From an uncultured virus (IMG/VR IMGVR_UViG_3300006213_002314) (lineage: Duplodnaviria; Heunggongvirae; Uroviricota; Caudoviricetes): a stretch of DNA of 64,000 nucleotides. Of the stretch, positions 8,975-18,816 are shown piece by piece. Positions within the stretch are counted from its first letter, which is position 1. Every line of letters begins with the position of its first letter. Under the pieces are notes generated by a model, which saw nothing but the letters and a program-made list of their open reading frames with translations, was not told the DNA's origin and made no database searches. The stretch lies in IMG/VR virus record IMGVR_UViG_3300006213_002314; one strand, written 5' to 3'. The translations under genes were made by a program, and so were the position numbers.

Positions 8975-11118
8975 ATTCCCGCCTCCTTTAATACCTCTCT
9001 GGTGGCATCATTCATTGTATCGTTTTGGGCCACATTTCTACTACGTGTTTTCTCGTACCTCGCAGCAATCCGATTGATGATTTCTTCATTTTCCATTATG
9101 CTACTTTCTGCCGCCGCTGATATATCCATGTATTCGCAAAATTCAGCAAGTTCAACCAAAATATCTGTGCGCAAATACTCTGCTTCTTTGATGCGGTATG
9201 CTTCCTCAATCTCTGAATCCGTCAATTCGATTACGAGACTTTTGTTCTGGCATACCGTAATCCCATTCTGCTCACTTATTTTCTCCTTGATCTCCCGCTC
9301 TATTTGCATACGCTCTACTCCCAATCTCTCCACGCTCCTTTCGCCTTGATAAAATTACTTACCAGCTCTTCCGCAGCAATTGCAACAGTTGCTGCGGCCT
9401 CTGTTTTCCCGAAACCTTCTCTGCTCAGTTCAAACCAACAGTGATCGTCCTGCGTCCATTTACCGAATCGCTCTTCTGGTAAGCCGACCTGCTTCGGTAT
9501 GAAGTATTCTCCCTCATTCAAACACTCCATTATGGTACTGATCTGCTCTTCGCTGAAGGTGCCTTCTATAACAACCGTGTTTCCCTTCTTGTAATTGCCC
9601 GCATCCCGGTACAAATAATAAATCTCTGTATTACACACAGATCTCTCACTCCTTTCCCATTAAGCTCACTACTCCATCAACATAGTTTTCATCAAACCAG
9701 TGCCACACATCTTCTTTGTGCGTTCCTTTCTGGAATCCCAGAAACTCCTCCTCTATATTGTCATTGCCATCTACCGGAATATCTCCCAGTAAATCCCACA
9801 ACGTCTCTATCTCCTGGCTGTCGAAGCTGCATCCAGAATCCACATTCATAAGGTGATCCGTGTCTCTACATCTCGGACAATATTCTGTATCGTCTCCATA
9901 ATGAAGTCCCAAATCTCCATCTTTACCGATCCAGCCACAAGCGTTGCATCTAACAATCTGCATCACCAACCACCTCCCATTCTCCTGCATAAGTGATGGT
10001 TTCTCTCTTCATAACCACCGCTGTGCTCAGGTCAATGTCATGCATGATTTCCCGATTTCTGACCTTCTCCTCGAATCTTTTTCTGCAGAGAAGTTCTGTG
10101 CCGACTGTGCGTCCGATCAGGCGCTCCTCTCCGTTACTAATCTGCTTTGCAAACATCCCATACTCTGTATCTCTTGAAACAACCTGGGGCTTATCCTTAA
10201 CCTCAGATAACGCAATAGCAAGCTCCTGCAGCATTTTGTCGATATCTTCCGCATCATGTACTAACTCTCTGGTTTCTGGCACTCCGCTGACTCCATTCCT
10301 CTTTGCCTCGATCCACATAGCAATGTGATCGTCAATATCAAAACCCGCTGCGTATTCTGTAACTGCCTCCGGAAACTTTTCGATGTCTACACACATTAGG
10401 AAGTCCTCTCCTGCCGGCGAATACTTCTCAAGTTCCACTCGGCCATCATCCGTATAGGAACTGACAGACCAATCATGCAATTCCAAAACTTCCAGATATT
10501 TTTTCTGCAACTCTTTCATTCCGCATCCTCCTCTTCTTCATCCAATGGCTCCCAATGATAATGACAATCTGGGTTTTCACATCTTCCATTCCACATCCCC
10601 TGCCCGCAGAGGGGGCAAGTCCTATATTCATACCCACTATATCCAACTCCCATATAAGCTCCCATAGTTTGTTCACCTACCCCTCAATATCAAATCCAGT
10701 GTATTCTATGAGGTCCTGAATTTCCTGCTCGAACATTTCCTCATAGACCTTTTTCTTATTGCTGTCACAGTGTAAATGCGTATCAAGGCAATTCACATAA
10801 TATGTAAAGTCATTCTGAGGGCTGAGGTCATGCAAGCGTATCGCCTCCAGCTGCTCATACCCTGCCTCTGTCAGAATACCCTTTCTTTCCTCGCTCACCA
10901 GCCTTTCCTTTGCCTCCTTGACGGCTTCGCCCATGCGGAAGATGCCTTCCCGGAAGATTTCAGCCATAATCCCGTTCAGGGTAATCTCCAAACCCTCAAA
11001 CCGCATCCGCTCTACCACCTTAAACAAGTCCGCACCGGAATCGTCCAACATGCTCAAATCATCGACGCCACAGGCAAGAACCGCTCTGATTAGATCATTT
11101 CTCATTTTCCATCGCCTC

Positions 11119-11406
11119 CTATAAATAAGATTTCCCATACCTCTTCCGAAACTGCTCCCTAGTACCAATCTTCGCCTCGTAGATTGCCTGTCCCAGCATC
11201 TTTGATAGTTTCTCTGCCATAGGATTGTCATGTACTCTTTTGAGTTTCTCTCCCATGTTGTGACAGGCATTGCAGGTGGGAACCTTCAATCCATCTTTCT
11301 CTGAAAGTTCCCTGCCAGCAGTTCCAAAAATCAGGTGGTGCTCTGCTTCAGCGGGCCGTCCGCAGAAGAAGCAGATTTCCTTGTATTCTGTAACTATGCT
11401 TTCCAT
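11119..11406 (-). CDS. HNH-like zinc-binding nuclease
   Basis: CFFCG....EHHLIFG...VPTCNACH. Confidence 0.6.
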   Translation of the reverse strand: MESIVTEYKEICFFCGRPAEAEHHLIFGTAGRELSEKDGLKVPTCNACHNMGEKLKRVHDNPMAEKLSKMLGQAIYEAKIGTREQFRKRYGKSYL

Positions 11407-13672
11407 TCTTTATCTTCCTTTCATTCCTGCGTAAACCAAAAAGATCAATACCAATACAGCAGCCATTTCCCCACCTCCTATCCAAATATCTCTTCATCAA
11501 ATAATGCGTACTGGATAATGCTGTCCGCCATTCCTGCGTCAATCATCCCGCAGTCAAGCTGGCCCTCGGACAAGCAATTATCTACACGGGCGTAATTGTT
11601 CAACCACTCCTGGAGTCCATGCAAGAATTTCTCCTGATCCAACTCATACCATTCGGTATTTTCATCATCAAACGGCTCATACACATGGAATCTTAGCTTT
11701 CCGCCTCTGCTGATCTGTTCGCTTGCATATTCGCCCAGATAACTTCCTACAACCTCAACTCTGTCGCACCAAAATGTACTACCTCCCTCCAGGGAGCCGC
11801 AAAGGATATCGTCAATATCCTCTGTCGTAACCTCTATCGCTCTTCTAATAAACAGCGTTTCAACAACTTTTCTATCTTCCATCCTTATTCCTCCATCTCT
11901 GCACCGCACTTCGGGCATTTTGTGATTTCCTCGCCTCCGGTATCAGTTATCCAACCGCATTTCTTGCATACAAAACACTCATCATTCACTACCCAGTCTT
12001 CAAACAGGGTTTCTGGATGCTGCCAATCACATCCTTCAAATAACTGCTCTGCCAAATTCTCCTGGCCATTGCATATCCGCAGAAAATCATTCCGACAATA
12101 AACTGTATCTGATAGCTCCGGAACATAACACGGGGTTTCCGACTTATTCTGGTAGGCTCTCCAGTCCTTAAAAATCATTCCCTGTCCGTAATACTCACGT
12201 ACCAATTCCAAGATGTTTCCATTTTGATCTATCCGGCACTTTCCGATAGCCTTTCTGTTTTCCATCAACTCCCCTCCTATTCCTCTGCATAAAAGATTTC
12301 AAATTCTATCCCGGCTTCCTCCATTTTTTCTTTCAGCCAATCTCCATAGCAAACATCTTCCTGCTCCCAAAATTCATCGAATGCTTTTTCCAGGGCTTTT
12401 ACCGCCGATTCTTCATCGACTTTATCAACCAGAAAAATGCAATCTATCCATTCATTCATTTCTGAACAAACTTCTATACAGCTTTTTTCTTCTCTTACCG
12501 TTACCATTCCTGCCTCCTTAAACTTCATCCAATACATTTCCTGATCCGTTACACCATTCTCTCTCAGATAATGTTTTGCTGCTTCTTCCGATTCAAACAC
12601 CATTGGCCTCTCTTTTTTGTCTAGCAGAAATTCCAGAGGATTAAGTGGGATTCCGTTTATATGTCTTCCTACAACTACTCTTCTCATACTCTTACCTCAA
12701 ATGTAATAGCAACTGAAATTCCAATGATGCCCGAACTCATAATAGAGTCCGTACTTCTCAAAGATAGCATCGAACTTTCTTCTGATGCTCGGATATTCTC
12801 CGTAGTAAAGCATCTCACATACCGGTCCTTCAAAACTCATGCTCAGGATATGGTCCGGATTGACGTATTCAAAATAAGTCTGCGGCTCAATATTCTCCTC
12901 AATGAACAGATGCTCACGGTCATTGTAAAAGTATTTGCCGCTCACAGGGTCCTTACATCCGAACCGCTTGTGATTAAAATAAATATCAACATCCTGCCAC
13001 ATGCCATGCTCCAACAGGAACTCTCTAATTTCCATCGCCAGCTCCTCGATCTGCTCTGCTGACAGCCTCACCGTGTCATTCATACTGCAACCTCCAATCT
13101 GTCTCTTCTAGCCTTTTCAATCAACCGTTTCAAGTGCTCCTTTGCCTTTAGGAACTCTTCCATTCTCATTTCCTTTTCCAGTTCGCCGTCTCCACTTACC
13201 AGGTCATACCAGCCATCGTATTTCTTTCTTTCCTGAAAACCACCTTCCATAATCATCACAGAACACAAGAACCCATAATTTCCAATTTCAATGTGTACAT
13301 AATCTTCTGTGTCTTCCATAGCCGCCATTACGAGCTGAAACAGTTCCAACATCATCTTATCTTTCACCGCTCTATGTCTCCTTTCCCTATCTCCTGTGTA
13401 ACGCATATACAAGCGCATTGCGACATCTTGTTGCCAGCTTATCAAACTCTTCCTCCTGCATCGGCCACATATAGAAATGAACCATCTGCAACCGATTCTT
13501 TTCATCGTAAATCTTCATCCCATACAGAACATGGTCAGCGCCGGTTTGTTTAAGAACCTTTGACGCTTTCCGTTCTGCTTTCTGGATATCTGGGAGTACC
13601 TGGGAGGCAGGCATCCTTCCGCCCCCAATTCTTCCAAATCTCCCATATGCCGCCCACCGAATCATTGGCATC

Positions 13673-14263
13673 TTATCTGCCCTCGCTTTCTACCAGCTCA
13701 TAGGAATCCGCTTCTTCCTTCGTAAGCGGTTCCGGATAATCAATGTACCCCCATGCTTCTTTGCCAATTTCTTCGCAGTATGTTTTACCATCAAAATTTA
13801 CGACTGTCTCTCGGCCATCCTTTTGGGGGAATGTTCCCGGCCCGAACGGACGCTGTGTGCTGTAATATCTGTGCGTTTTCTCTGCCTCCTTTTTCTTGCT
13901 TCTCGTTTTTCTGACTGGTACTTTCTTTTCGCCTGTTGCACTCTTTCTTGTCCTCTTTGGCTTATCTTCCATTTCTACATTGCTAACGGGCTCAGGCTTC
14001 AATTTTTTGGCTTCCGCCGTAGGAATTTCCGCCTCTCCCTCTTTCGACTGAATCTGGACGGTCTGCTGAGGCAGTCTCACATCCAGCTTGTAACGTTTGC
14101 GGATAGAGGTAATCATCAGATTAACTTCCTCATTTACCAATTCCTTCTCTTCCTCTGACAAGCCTTCTGACAAATCTTCTCTTTCCTGCCAGTACCCTGC
14201 GTTATCCAGAAACGCATCAATTACTTTCTTAGCTCTGTCGTGTTTTACATCCCATTTCATCAT
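13673..14263 (-). CDS. hypothetical protein with C-terminal domain resembling DarA-C/polyvalent-protein domains
   Basis: YYSTQRPFGPGTFP...AWGYIDYPEPLT...YELV. Confidence 0.45.
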   Translation of the reverse strand: MMKWDVKHDRAKKVIDAFLDNAGYWQEREDLSEGLSEEEKELVNEEVNLMITSIRKRYKLDVRLPQQTVQIQSKEGEAEIPTAEAKKLKPEPVSNVEMEDKPKRTRKSATGEKKVPVRKTRSKKKEAEKTHRYYSTQRPFGPGTFPQKDGRETVVNFDGKTYCEEIGKEAWGYIDYPEPLTKEEADSYELVESEGR

Positions 14264-14856
14264 ACTTCTTAGCCCTCCTTACTGAACTGCCGGGACCTGC
14301 TCAAATTCCAGAATCCCCAAACTCTTGATAAACTTCTTTGTGGTCCGAAGACCTCTTCCCCACTGTTGCCCGCATACATACTGACGAAGATAATAGCCTC
14401 CAACCAACTGTGCTACTTCCCATACCTTATTTTTGTTCCACCGATCCTGATAGAACGTTCTCTGTACTGCCATGATAACCTCCTCAACTCCTTGCAATCT
14501 CTGTCATATCTTCATTCAGAAAATTATCTGCCAAAAACTGCTCATAACTTTGATGAAACCAGCTCTGCTTTCTGAACCACTCATACTGTTTCTGAGGAAC
14601 CGATTCATCAACGATTCTGTCGTATTCCGGATCATAGAATTTCTTCATCTTCTCCCTCTCCTTTCATCCAAGCCACTTTTCAAATCTCTCTGGATCAATG
14701 CTCTCCATCCTGTCAAATACCAAGTCAATCATCGGATGTCCGGATGGCAACCGCTCAAACAATTTTTCGCAATCACTGAAATTCAATTTCTCGATCAGCT
14801 TTTTCGCCTCTTTCATTTTCTCTTCCATTTTGTCTCCTTTTGAAATCTCGCATATG

Positions 14857-14876
14857 AATGTTTCACGTGAAACATT
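14857..14876. promoter_or_regulatory. parS-like centromere site
   Basis: AATGTTTCACGTGAAACATT perfect 20-bp palindrome; core TGTTTCACGTGAAACA (14859-14874) matches the Spo0J/ParB parS consensus; intergenic. Confidence 0.8.
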
Positions 14877-14919
14877 TCTTATTCATTTGCGAGTTTTTAA
14901 GTCAAAAAAATAACCCAAT

Positions 14920-15186
14920 CTATTTTTCCTCGAAAAATGAAACTGCGATTCTTGCTACCTCAAAGCAGATGCTTTTGAGTTCCTGATCTGTGTTGCTGTG
15001 TTCCAAAATATCCTGAGCGATTTCCACGATATCGTCTGTCGTGATATTCTCCTTCTCGTGCGCCAGCTCGTTCAGCAAGTGGCTGTATGCTTTGCAATCC
15101 CCTCTGGTGTACCAATTATTTCTGATACAAAGTTCTCTAAGGTCTTCTGCAAAAATTCTTCTTACTTCTCTATATTCGCTCTTCAT
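14920..15186 (-). CDS. hypothetical protein, first gene after promoter copy 2
   Basis: ORF track; AGGAG RBS. Confidence 0.65.
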   Translation of the reverse strand: MKSEYREVRRIFAEDLRELCIRNNWYTRGDCKAYSHLLNELAHEKENITTDDIVEIAQDILEHSNTDQELKSICFEVARIAVSFFEEK

Positions 15187-15204
15187 AATCTCTGTCTCCT
15201 ATCC

Positions 15205-15281
15205 GTTTTATTTGTTGTTTGATTATGTATATATTATAACTCGTACTTGCGAGTTTGTCAAGTGTTTTACTTCTATTTTTC
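15205..15281 (-). promoter_or_regulatory. consensus sigma-70/SigA promoter with operator palindrome (repeat copy 2)
   Basis: TTGACA (15256-15261), 17 nt, TATAAT (15233-15238); one mismatch to copy 1 (15244). Confidence 0.9.
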
Positions 15282-15316
15282 AATTATTTACTCGCACTTG
15301 CGTTTTATGGTTGATT

Positions 15317-15645
15317 AAAGAAAAAGAGAGAAAAAAGAGTTTAGATATAGAAAAAGATATAGAGTAATAGTAATGTGTCGCTTTTGTGACACATTCGTGA
15401 CAATGTCACAGTATTTTTAAGTAAAACACCGCCTGCCCCTTAAAATCAAAGGCTTTTCGCATTTGCGTTTAATCCCCATTCTTCTGTGGATAATGTGGAT
15501 AATTCTCGCATTTGCGTCACTTGAATTTTTTGCAAAATAACATATAGGGCTAGAAGCTCGTACACGGTTCTATACCGGATTTTGTCTTTTAGGCATAGTG
15601 TAGGTAGGAAAAACCTCTATCGTTGATTTTTGAAATTGTGCATAA
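15317..15645. other. putative replication origin region (purine tract, GTGACA/TGTCAC repeats, DnaA boxes)
   Basis: TGTGGATAA twice in tandem (15485-15502), TGTGCATAA (15637-15645), GTGACA/TGTCAC repeats at 15385-15410, purine-rich tract 15317-15364. Confidence 0.55.
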
Positions 15646-15715
15646 AATACCCGCCTATTTTTGTGAATTTTGTATATTGATTTTTACATCAAACATGCTA
15701 ACCATTTTCTCCAAC

Positions 15716-15746
15716 AAAAAATGCCCTGATCCCGAAGGATCAGGGC
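15716..15746 (-). terminator. intrinsic terminator after endolysin
   Basis: GCCCTGATCC-TTCG-GGATCAGGGC then ATTTTTT on the minus strand. Confidence 0.85.
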
Positions 15747-15799
15747 GTATGTGATATACTTTCCTTGCTTTGGAGGCGCTTAGAAAACACCTGTCTTTT

Positions 15800-17437
15800 T
15801 TATTTAAGCAATTCGTTTACTTTTTTCTGGACTTTGGCATAATCATAGCCTGCGGCTTTGAGCCGCTTTTTCCGATCATTGCCAACTCCCCACTTGCCAG
15901 CGATTACTTCTTTGGCAACTTCTGTGACAGATTTTTTGGGTGTAGATACAGACAAAATCTCATTGACTCTCTTCTGAACAGTATCGTAGTCATACCCTGC
16001 TTTTTTCAGAGCAGACTTCCTTGCATCGCCAGTTCCCCATTTCCCGGCAATTACTTCCTGTGCCAGCTCGTCCACACTCTTTTTCTCTGAACCTGTTTTC
16101 TTGTTGTACAGCTCTTCCAACTTAGCCTTAGCCTTTGGACCATACTTGCCATCAACGGTCAATCCATTTGCTTTCTGGAAGGACCGTAATCCGGAATCTG
16201 TTCCAGAGCCAAAATCTCCATCCGCTCCAGACGCTCCACAGGAATAACCACATGCAATTAACATAGTCTGCATAGTCTTCACCGCTGATCCGCTGTCTCC
16301 CTTTTCCAAATATCCTTTTTCTGAACCTGCATTCGCCCCATTATCGACCGTAATATTTACATGGTGCGATGTATTCAGATTGATGTCACCTCGTTTGGCA
16401 AGGCTGGGGCTGGTCAGATACTTGCCGGTCAAAATTTCAAAGTATTTCTTGCCGGCCGCCGATCTGAACCAAGTCATCATGTTTCCAGTGTAGCCCATTA
16501 CATTGTGGCAATTCTGTAATTCTGCGATGCCCTTTATGTGGCCGACTGCTCTAATAAGATCAATCGTTCCCTTTGAGCAATCTGCTTCACAAGGCGTTTT
16601 GATTTTGGAAGGCCGCCAGCCTACCTTCTGTAACTCAACCCCAAACGTGGTTCTTTGTCCCTGATCGTACCCAACATTATTATTCTGCGCCGCTTCTACT
16701 GCGAGGTCAGCAAAAAGATTGGCAAGTTCTTCATCCTTCCATCGTAAGATATAGTTCCACGGATAAGAATACCATGAACGGAGATACCATTCCGTCCCAG
16801 TCTGATCTCCTGCTTTTCCTCCAGAATACCTGTTGTTTTCATCGTGTCCGCAATTCGACATTCTTACTCCCATATTTGAATCCTCCTTTTTCACGTAATT
16901 TTCATAAAACTTCTGCCCTCTTGCCGCCCGACTTGCGCATACTGTCTCGCCGGTATTTGCAGGAGCCTCAAACTTTTTTAACACAATATCCGACGCCTCC
17001 CGAATGGATGATGTACTTTTCAGCACTTTCAAGACGCTCTGGTAATTGTTCTCCATCTCCCACAAAAGAAACTCAATCTGCATATCTTCGTTTGCAATCG
17101 AAACACCTTTTGTGTTCGCAAGATTCCAGAGGCCGGCTTTTCTTCCGGGACTCGTCCACTGTGCCAATCCGTATCCGTACTGTTTCCCCGGAAGAGGATG
17201 TAGAAATTCTTCACAACTGATTTTCCTTGCATCTATTGCTGCAGTATAGCTTGAATCCGAATACGTTTTTCCGTTCTCTTTCAGTCTCTTCAAGCACAGG
17301 TATTCCACTCGGTTTGTGTAAAAACCATCAGATTCAGCCTCCAGGTTACCGATCAGGGCACTGGCTCCTGCTGGAGTCATGCCTGCCGCAACAAACTTCT
17401 GATACGCTCTTTTCTCAGCTGCCACGTTAATGCTCAT
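15800..17437 (-). CDS. modular endolysin: phage-tail-lysozyme-like domain, Cys/His peptidase-like domain, PG-binding domain, two CW_7 repeats
   Basis: GNLEAES...YGLAQWT; GYDQ...ADCS...HHV; LEKGDSGSAVKTMQ...DGDFG...FQ..NGL.VDG; two KSV.E.A.EVIAGKWG.G..RK..L..AGYDY repeats. Confidence 0.88.
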   Translation of the reverse strand: MSINVAAEKRAYQKFVAAGMTPAGASALIGNLEAESDGFYTNRVEYLCLKRLKENGKTYSDSSYTAAIDARKISCEEFLHPLPGKQYGYGLAQWTSPGRKAGLWNLANTKGVSIANEDMQIEFLLWEMENNYQSVLKVLKSTSSIREASDIVLKKFEAPANTGETVCASRAARGQKFYENYVKKEDSNMGVRMSNCGHDENNRYSGGKAGDQTGTEWYLRSWYSYPWNYILRWKDEELANLFADLAVEAAQNNNVGYDQGQRTTFGVELQKVGWRPSKIKTPCEADCSKGTIDLIRAVGHIKGIAELQNCHNVMGYTGNMMTWFRSAAGKKYFEILTGKYLTSPSLAKRGDINLNTSHHVNITVDNGANAGSEKGYLEKGDSGSAVKTMQTMLIACGYSCGASGADGDFGSGTDSGLRSFQKANGLTVDGKYGPKAKAKLEELYNKKTGSEKKSVDELAQEVIAGKWGTGDARKSALKKAGYDYDTVQKRVNEILSVSTPKKSVTEVAKEVIAGKWGVGNDRKKRLKAAGYDYAKVQKKVNELLK

Positions 17438-17455
17438 TGAGGTAACCTCCTTTCA

Positions 17456-17572
17456 CTACTCGTCATAGGGATATATTTCATCGGCAAATCTCCCAAACTC
17501 ACGGATAAATAAAAGGAAGCATATCCCTGCCAAGATCAGCGTACTGCCGATAATTTTCACTGCATTTCCCAT
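17456..17572 (-). CDS. 38-aa single-TM peptide in lysis module
   Basis: Read manually: MGNAVKIIGSTLILAGICFLLFIREFGRFADEIYPYDE; AGGAG RBS. Confidence 0.5.
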   Translation of the reverse strand: MGNAVKIIGSTLILAGICFLLFIREFGRFADEIYPYDE

Positions 17573-17584
17573 ATCGTACTCCTT

Positions 17585-17893
17585 TTATTTTTCATATTGT
17601 TTGAACTGCATAATTGCCTGAATTACTTTATCGTAACCTACCATTGCCGCTAACCATGACAGCAGAATCAATGCTATTAAATATACCGCCATATATGCAT
17701 TAAGTTTAGCATTTGTGACAATGACGTAAGCTACATCCACCAATACAGATAACGCCGCTGCGACATATCCGGCCAAAGCATTGGGGTAATATGTTTTATT
17801 ACGTTCCTTCATCCAGTTTTTAATTCCTTCCGTAAACAAACCGGTCAAAACTGAAACAACCAACAACATCAACAAAAAAATTTCTAAATTCAT
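17585..17893 (-). CDS. putative holin
   Basis: Three hydrophobic segments, GYDKV.Q.I.Q end, upstream of lysin. Confidence 0.65.
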   Translation of the reverse strand: MNLEIFLLMLLVVSVLTGLFTEGIKNWMKERNKTYYPNALAGYVAAALSVLVDVAYVIVTNAKLNAYMAVYLIALILLSWLAAMVGYDKVIQAIMQFKQYEK

Positions 17894-18222
17894 TCAAATT
17901 CCTCCTGATCTTTTTCTGCATTTTCTTTGTCCTCTTCCTCCCATTTCCGTTCCATATGCCGATCCTTATTTGTGCGAATCCAACCGCAGATACCACACTC
18001 GCCTATCGTTGCAGCGATCACGGCGCAAGCATAGCTTTCCGGTATGCTACCGCATTCCCGGAATATGCATAACATCTGCCAGTTAAACCAAACAAAAAAG
18101 GCACCTACCAGGAACAGAATAATGTTCAGAGTGCCTACCTTGTTTAAAAGGTTTCTTATTCTTTTTAATGGGCCGGCCTTCCTTGCCCGCCTCCTGCGTG
18201 GCCTTCTATTCTCCATATCCAC
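17890..18222 (-). CDS. membrane protein of lysis module
   Basis: Basic N-terminus, two hydrophobic segments, acidic tail. Confidence 0.55.
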   Translation of the reverse strand: MDMENRRPRRRRARKAGPLKRIRNLLNKVGTLNIILFLVGAFFVWFNWQMLCIFRECGSIPESYACAVIAATIGECGICGWIRTNKDRHMERKWEEEDKENAEKDQEEFE

Positions 18223-18225
18223 ACC

Positions 18226-18558
18226 TCAGATAAGGTTTTTTACTGCTGCCTCGTACAGCATATCCTTATGTTCATGCTTTACCTTTCTGGCATATTCCAA
18301 GGCTGCGTGCATATCGCCATTGCAATGTGAATCAGGAATCCTCTGAACTGCTGCGGCTGTAGCCTCTCCCAACGACAATGAAGCTCCGGCAAGTTTAATC
18401 AAAAGCAATTCGTTTTCTTCCTTTGCTTTCTCTTTTTCCTCCAGTTTCTTATCTCTCTTTTCGATTTTTCTCTGAAGATGCCAAAAACAAAATCCCGTTA
18501 TCGCTGAGGGTATGGATGCGGCAACGATAAGAGCTGCCAAAACGCTTCCTACGTCCAA
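18226..18558 (-). CDS. holin-associated membrane protein
   Basis: N-terminal TM, coiled coil, HCNGDM motif. Confidence 0.55.
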   Translation of the reverse strand: MDVGSVLAALIVAASIPSAITGFCFWHLQRKIEKRDKKLEEKEKAKEENELLLIKLAGASLSLGEATAAAVQRIPDSHCNGDMHAALEYARKVKHEHKDMLYEAAVKNLI

Positions 18559-18645
18559 CTTTTATACCTCCTATCTCTAATCATTACAGTATGTGCAAAG
18601 TGTCTCTTACCGGGCCGGCCCGTATAAGGATAGGTCTATTGAATA

Positions 18646-18816
18646 TCATTCAAAGACCTCCTTCTGCATATCGGCAGCTGTTTTGATTTTATCCAAGTCC
18701 GAATCTGTAATCATGCCGTTTTGCAGAAGCTCTGCAGCCAGCGCGTCAATGATATCCGTTTGTAATTTGATAATCTCTGACATCTTCTCCAGCGCTTCCA
18801 TAATGGATATTTTCAT
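18646..18816 (-). CDS. small hypothetical protein (56 aa) overlapping RT 3' end
   Basis: Read manually: MKISIMEALEKMSEII...QKEVFE; GAGGAGG RBS. Confidence 0.55.
   Translation of the reverse strand: MKISIMEALEKMSEIIKLQTDIIDALAAELLQNGMITDSDLDKIKTAADMQKEVFE

Larger units (their letters stand above)
8965..14828 (-). other. array of about 18 small hypothetical accessory genes
   Basis: Tightly packed minus-strand ORFs with RBSs (e.g. 8965..9333, 9315..9638, 9950..10519, 11885..12268, 12277..12687, 12697..13083, plus about 54-aa ORFs near 14484-14648 and 14664-14828). Confidence 0.7.

Noticed and set aside
8685..15281. CRISPR array or att sites from the 77-bp repeat
   Set aside because: There are only two copies 6.5 kb apart, with no spacers or cas genes. 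The content is explained by promoter and operator.
15041..15367. Plus-strand ORFs 15041..15367 and 8692..8877 sharing the peptide LFDYVYIITRTCEFVKCFTSIF
   Set aside because: The shared peptide is just the translation of the duplicated promoter/operator repeat.
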